The notes under the pieces were generated by a model, which was given only the letters and a program-made list of their open reading frames with translations, did not search any database and had not been told where the DNA came from. A stretch of DNA of 18,864 nucleotides from NCBI GenBank assembly GCA_002780285.1, contig PEVX01000011.1, positions 1-18,864 of the forward strand, read 5' to 3'. The stretch is from Candidatus Pacearchaeota archaeon CG06_land_8_20_14_3_00_35_12. GTDB taxonomy: Archaea; Nanobdellota; Nanobdellia; Pacearchaeales; PEVX01. Positions 16,085 to 18,864 of the stretch are shown here, one piece after another. How positions within the stretch are numbered: position 1 is the first letter of the stretch; each line of letters opens with the position of its first letter. A program made the position numbers and the translations under genes.

Positions 16085-16223
16085 TTATCCATTTGGAAAA
16101 ATAACAAAAAATAATGAAAATCTGGTGAAAAATTAAAAATTTTCCAGAAAATATAAAAAATTTCTGAAAAATGCATCAACTATGTTAAGAAAATAATTAA
16201 AAAATATATTGTTTAGATTGACA

Positions 16224-16236
16224 AAAAGTTTATAAA
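16224..16236 (+). promoter_or_regulatory. Strong orphan promoter-like element (purine-rich BRE-like AAAAAG + TTTATAAA)
   Basis: AAAAAGTTTATAAAG contains TTTATAAA at 16229-16236, the same core as the gatC/aspS and 18372-18383 boxes. No ATG lies about 26 nt away on either strand, and the nearest gene start (ftsZ, 16470) is 234 nt downstream. Confidence 0.4.
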
Positions 16237-16469
16237 GAACAAGCAATTCTCGTTTTTATTAATTTTATTCATTTCGTGGGGACGAGCGGAATAAAATTTT
16301 GGGTGAAGGGAAATTAACACCTATTAACTAATCTCTTTCTTAATATTATTATAATTTATCCAAATATAATGAGGTATTTAAACTTTTCGAAGCCAAAAGC
16401 CGAAAAAAGTTTTTTTGCTTCATTTCACATAATTCACAAAAGAGAAAAGGAGGAAAAAAATTAACTAAA

Positions 16470-17546
16470 ATGGTACTGGATTTTGCAAAAGAGGCAATGG
16501 AAAATGTCTCTAAATTCAGCATCAATTTTGACGAGCTCAAAGCAGGCAAAGCTAACATCAAAGTTTTTGGTGTTGGTGGAGCTGGCTGTAATGCAATAAC
16601 CTGGCTTTACAACAAAGGAATCGAAGGAGCAACTGTTTATGCAGCTAACACTGATGCGTTACATTTAAGCATCACAAAAGCAGACGAAAGAGTGCTTATT
16701 GGTAAAGAGCTGACAAGAGGTCTTGGTTGTGGTGGTTATCCTGAACGCGGTCGCGAGGCTGCAAAGGAAGCACTTTCAGAACTAAAGAAATCTGTCTCTG
16801 GAGCCGATATGGTATTTGTAATCTGCGGTGAAGGTGGTGGTACAGGAACAGGTGCAGCTCCAATTGTTGCACAACTTTCCAAAGAAACAGGCGCTGTAGT
16901 TATTGGTGTGGTAACTATGCCTTTCCAAGCTGAAAAAGCAAGGATAGACAAGGCGGAATTTGGTTTGCAGCAACTTAGAGATGTTGCAGACACAGTTATC
17001 GTAATTGATAATAACAGACTTGTTGATATCGCAGGAAATTTGCCAATCGAACAAGCATTCGCAGTCGCAAATGAGCTTATAAGTACAATGATCAAAGGTA
17101 TTGTCGAGACAATCACACTACCTTCTTTGATTAATCTTGATTATGCAGATGTTTCTGCAATAATGAAGAATGGTGATGTCGCAGTTATCGGAATCGGTGA
17201 AAGCGATACACAAAATAGAGTCGAAGAAGCAGTGCGACAGGCATTGACACATCCTTTGTTGGATATCGATTACAAAGGAGCTACAGGCGCTTTAATCCAC
17301 ATAACATGTGGACAAGACATGAAGCTCGAAGAATTCGATAACATTGGTAGACTTGTAAGTGAAAACTTAAGTGCTGATGCTCAGGTCATTATTGGTGCAA
17401 GAATCAATAAAGATTTTGCAGGAAAAGTGCGTGTTATTACAATAATCACTGGTGTTAAATCACCTTTTGTATTAGGACGCCCTGCCCGCGAATCACAAGC
17501 CCCTATATCAGAAATGGGCGAGCTTGGCATTGAAGTTTACAAATAA
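16470..17546 (+). CDS. ftsZ: Cell division GTPase FtsZ
   Basis: Motifs are IKVFGVGGAGCNAI, the tubulin signature GGGTGTGAAPIVA, VTMPFQAEKARI and VIDNNRL. GGAGG at 16449-16453 lies 16 nt upstream of the ATG. Confidence 0.92.
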   Translation: MVLDFAKEAMENVSKFSINFDELKAGKANIKVFGVGGAGCNAITWLYNKGIEGATVYAANTDALHLSITKADERVLIGKELTRGLGCGGYPERGREAAKEALSELKKSVSGADMVFVICGEGGGTGTGAAPIVAQLSKETGAVVIGVVTMPFQAEKARIDKAEFGLQQLRDVADTVIVIDNNRLVDIAGNLPIEQAFAVANELISTMIKGIVETITLPSLINLDYADVSAIMKNGDVAVIGIGESDTQNRVEEAVRQALTHPLLDIDYKGATGALIHITCGQDMKLEEFDNIGRLVSENLSADAQVIIGARINKDFAGKVRVITIITGVKSPFVLGRPARESQAPISEMGELGIEVYK

Positions 17547-17619
17547 ATTGCTTAAGGCTGACAAAGAGGCAAAAATTTACTTTCACTTTTTCATATTCCC
17601 TTAGCCTTTTTTGGTTTCT

Positions 17620-17649
17620 GGCCTCTCTTCGGAGAGGCCGTTGTTTTTT
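17620..17649 (+). terminator. GC-rich hairpin with UUCG tetraloop followed by a T-run (ftsZ terminator)
   Basis: GGCCTCTC (17620-27), TTCG (17628-31) and GAGAGGCC (17632-39) form 8 perfect base pairs, followed by G TTGTTTTTT (17640-49). The element lies 74 nt after the ftsZ stop. Confidence 0.7.
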
Positions 17650-17703
17650 ACGGACTTTAGTCTCTAAAAATAATATTCTAAATAGAAAACAATAAATTCA
17701 AAA

Positions 17704-18351
17704 TTATCTTTTTAATGAATCGCGCAGTCTTATAGAGTCACGCACTTTACCAACGCGCTCGTAAAGAACAACAAGCTTTGACATTATCTGGCTTCGCAAA
17801 TCTTTTCTTGATTCGCCAATCATTGAAAGAACTTTTTCATAGGTTTTTATTGCATTAACCCTTCTTTCATTCATTTCATTCATTCTTGCTTCATTCAAAT
17901 AAAGCTGAATTACGCGTTCTTTAATTACATCTCTATTTTTGGGGTTTGCAACAGCTTCGATAGCTTTTTTCATTGCTTCATCAGCCTGATTATACATTAT
18001 GGCTTTTATGAACATTTCAACTTCTTTCATGAATAAATCCTCGCGTTCGCGATAAGTCACTGAAATTTCAGCAGCCATTTTGTAATATTTTGCAGCATTT
18101 GAAAGCCAGTTTTTCCTTTCATGCAGGCTCGCAATCTGCATCAAGGCAAATTTTTGCAAATCTTTTGGAAGCCTTTCCTTGAGAAGCCTTTCTAGAATTT
18201 CTATCCTTACTTCATCGCTGTTCTTTGAAGCAAGAACTCTGAGAATTTTCTGTTTTTCAGCCTCAACTTTTTCAGAAGAAACAGCATCTCTGTCAGATCT
18301 TTTGTCAATAAGGTCTTCAGCGCTTTTTATGAACTCGTGAGAATCTTCCAT
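17704..18351 (-). CDS. All-alpha helical-repeat (TPR-like) hypothetical protein
   Basis: The 215-aa ORF has a TATA box at the canonical distance upstream. The sequence is rich in helix-forming repeats (AAKYYKMAAEISV..., AIKTYEKVLSMIG...). I recognise no catalytic motif. Confidence 0.55.
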   Translation of the reverse strand: MEDSHEFIKSAEDLIDKRSDRDAVSSEKVEAEKQKILRVLASKNSDEVRIEILERLLKERLPKDLQKFALMQIASLHERKNWLSNAAKYYKMAAEISVTYREREDLFMKEVEMFIKAIMYNQADEAMKKAIEAVANPKNRDVIKERVIQLYLNEARMNEMNERRVNAIKTYEKVLSMIGESRKDLRSQIMSKLVVLYERVGKVRDSIRLRDSLKR

Positions 18352-18371
18352 ATATCTTCTTTTTGTTTGCT

Positions 18372-18383
18372 AATTTATAAATT
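18372..18383 (-). promoter_or_regulatory. Palindromic TATA box (AATTTATAAATT) for the 17704-18351 gene
   Basis: The box is centred at 18377.5, which is 26.5 nt upstream of ATG 18351 on the minus strand. Confidence 0.5.
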
Positions 18384-18476
18384 TTTCTAACATTTAATGA
18401 ATATATTGCAAGAATTGATATTTTAGGAAAGTTTTTAAAATAAAATCTCTTGAACATATAAGGCAAAGCAGGAAAA

Positions 18477-18734
18477 ATGGGCAGCAATCTTGACTTGAGG
18501 AAGCAGATGGATAGCGATGCAGTGGCATTCGCATTTGGAAAATTAATTTCCGGAAAATCCAACTACAAGCCAGTGATTGAAAGAAGAATCGAAAAAATTT
18601 ATTGCTCTGGCTGTCATAAACGGCTCGAAGGAGAGGAAAAATTCTGCCCTGAATGCGGAACAAAAGTTGTCAAATCATGGCAGATGACCGAGCAGCCTCA
18701 ACAACAAAATCAACAGATAAATCAAACACAATAA
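18477..18734 (+). CDS. Small zinc-ribbon protein with Gln-rich tail
   Basis: CSGCHKRLEGEEKFCPECGTKV is a CxxC...CxxC zinc ribbon. The C-terminal tail is QPQQQNQQINQTQ. Confidence 0.55.
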   Translation: MGSNLDLRKQMDSDAVAFAFGKLISGKSNYKPVIERRIEKIYCSGCHKRLEGEEKFCPECGTKVVKSWQMTEQPQQQNQQINQTQ

Positions 18735-18735
18735 A

Positions 18736-18864
18736 ATGGCAATGAAACTTGATGAAGCAATCAGATGCAGGCGCAGCGTAAGAAATTTTTCAAACAAGCC
18801 TGTTAATTGGGGCAAGCTTTCCTTGGTTCTTGAAGCAGCGACTCATGCTCCTTGTGCAGGCGGA
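18736..18864 (+). CDS. Nitroreductase-family protein, N-terminal fragment (runs off window)
   Basis: ATG 18736 follows the previous stop by 1 nt. MAMKLDEAIRCRRSVRNFSNKPVNWGKLSLVLEAATHAPCAGG matches the nitroreductase N-terminal pattern (RRSVRxF ... APSxGN-like). This ORF is absent from the ORF track because it is open at the window edge. Confidence 0.6.
   Translation, partial: MAMKLDEAIRCRRSVRNFSNKPVNWGKLSLVLEAATHAPCAGG

Noticed and set aside
14832-16136. Plus-strand ORFs (94, 69, 64, 64 and 78 aa) and a 67-aa minus-strand ORF (15688-15891) over gatD
   Set aside because: They are antisense to gatD or out of frame with it. None carries a motif.
16091-16200. Repeated GAAAAT-containing phrases considered as a CRISPR or tandem-repeat array
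   Set aside because: The units are only 6-8 nt, imperfect, and not separated by unique spacers of constant length. This is not a CRISPR architecture.
16349-16561. 70-aa minus-strand ORF overlapping the ftsZ start
   Set aside because: It overlaps the well-supported ftsZ N terminus in antisense and shows no motif.
16736-17116. Minus-strand ORFs of 126 and 90 aa inside ftsZ
   Set aside because: They are antisense to ftsZ. The longer one (126 aa) has an Ala/Pro/Ser/Thr/Ile-rich translation that mirrors the Gly/Ala/Thr-rich tubulin signature region. The 90-aa one is Cys/Asn/Tyr/Phe-rich and carries no motif.
18317-18663. Minus-strand ORFs of 81 and 89 aa
   Set aside because: They span the divergent promoter region and run antisense to the zinc-ribbon gene. 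The plus-strand ORF has a clear CxxC...CxxC motif and is preferred.

Overview
This is an AT-rich, very compact chromosomal segment that reads as archaeal. The evidence is GatD/GatE, a eukaryote/archaeal-type AspRS, Taw3, FtsZ, and TATA boxes centred about 26 nt upstream of start codons. A small-genome DPANN-like lineage is my inference only. I call 20 protein-coding genes (two cut by the window edges) and one tRNA-Arg(UCG). I see no rRNA, CRISPR array, transposase or integrase. Layout: (i) 2-3388 is a cell-surface cluster of a Cys-rich anchored protein, a Lys-rich protein and a secreted transglutaminase-like protein. (ii) 3391-3577 holds tRNA-Arg with a partial duplication of its 3' end. (iii) 3643-6002 encodes a PlsY / CdsA-dolichol-kinase-like fusion protein plus an amino-acid permease. 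(iv) 5992-16054 is a tRNA-dependent amidation super-locus: gatC-gatA-MBL hydrolase-taw3-gatB on the minus strand, divergent aspS, then gatD and gatE separated by a free-standing LAGLIDADG endonuclease gene. (v) 16070-18864 contains an unusually long 400-bp spacer, ftsZ with a hairpin terminator, a helical-repeat protein, a zinc-ribbon protein and the start of a nitroreductase-family gene. The most interesting observations are the low-GC LAGLIDADG cassette wedged between gatD and gatE, a short GatE that appears to lack the AspRS-like insertion domain, and the PlsY fusion. Also notable are a palindromic TATA box equidistant from the gatC and aspS start codons, the tRNA 3'-end duplication, and an orphan promoter-like element with a 10-bp inverted repeat upstream of ftsZ. 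All family assignments rest on motifs read by eye from the translations. No database search, HMM or RNA folding was run. I found no clear-cut novel multi-gene system such as a defence island.
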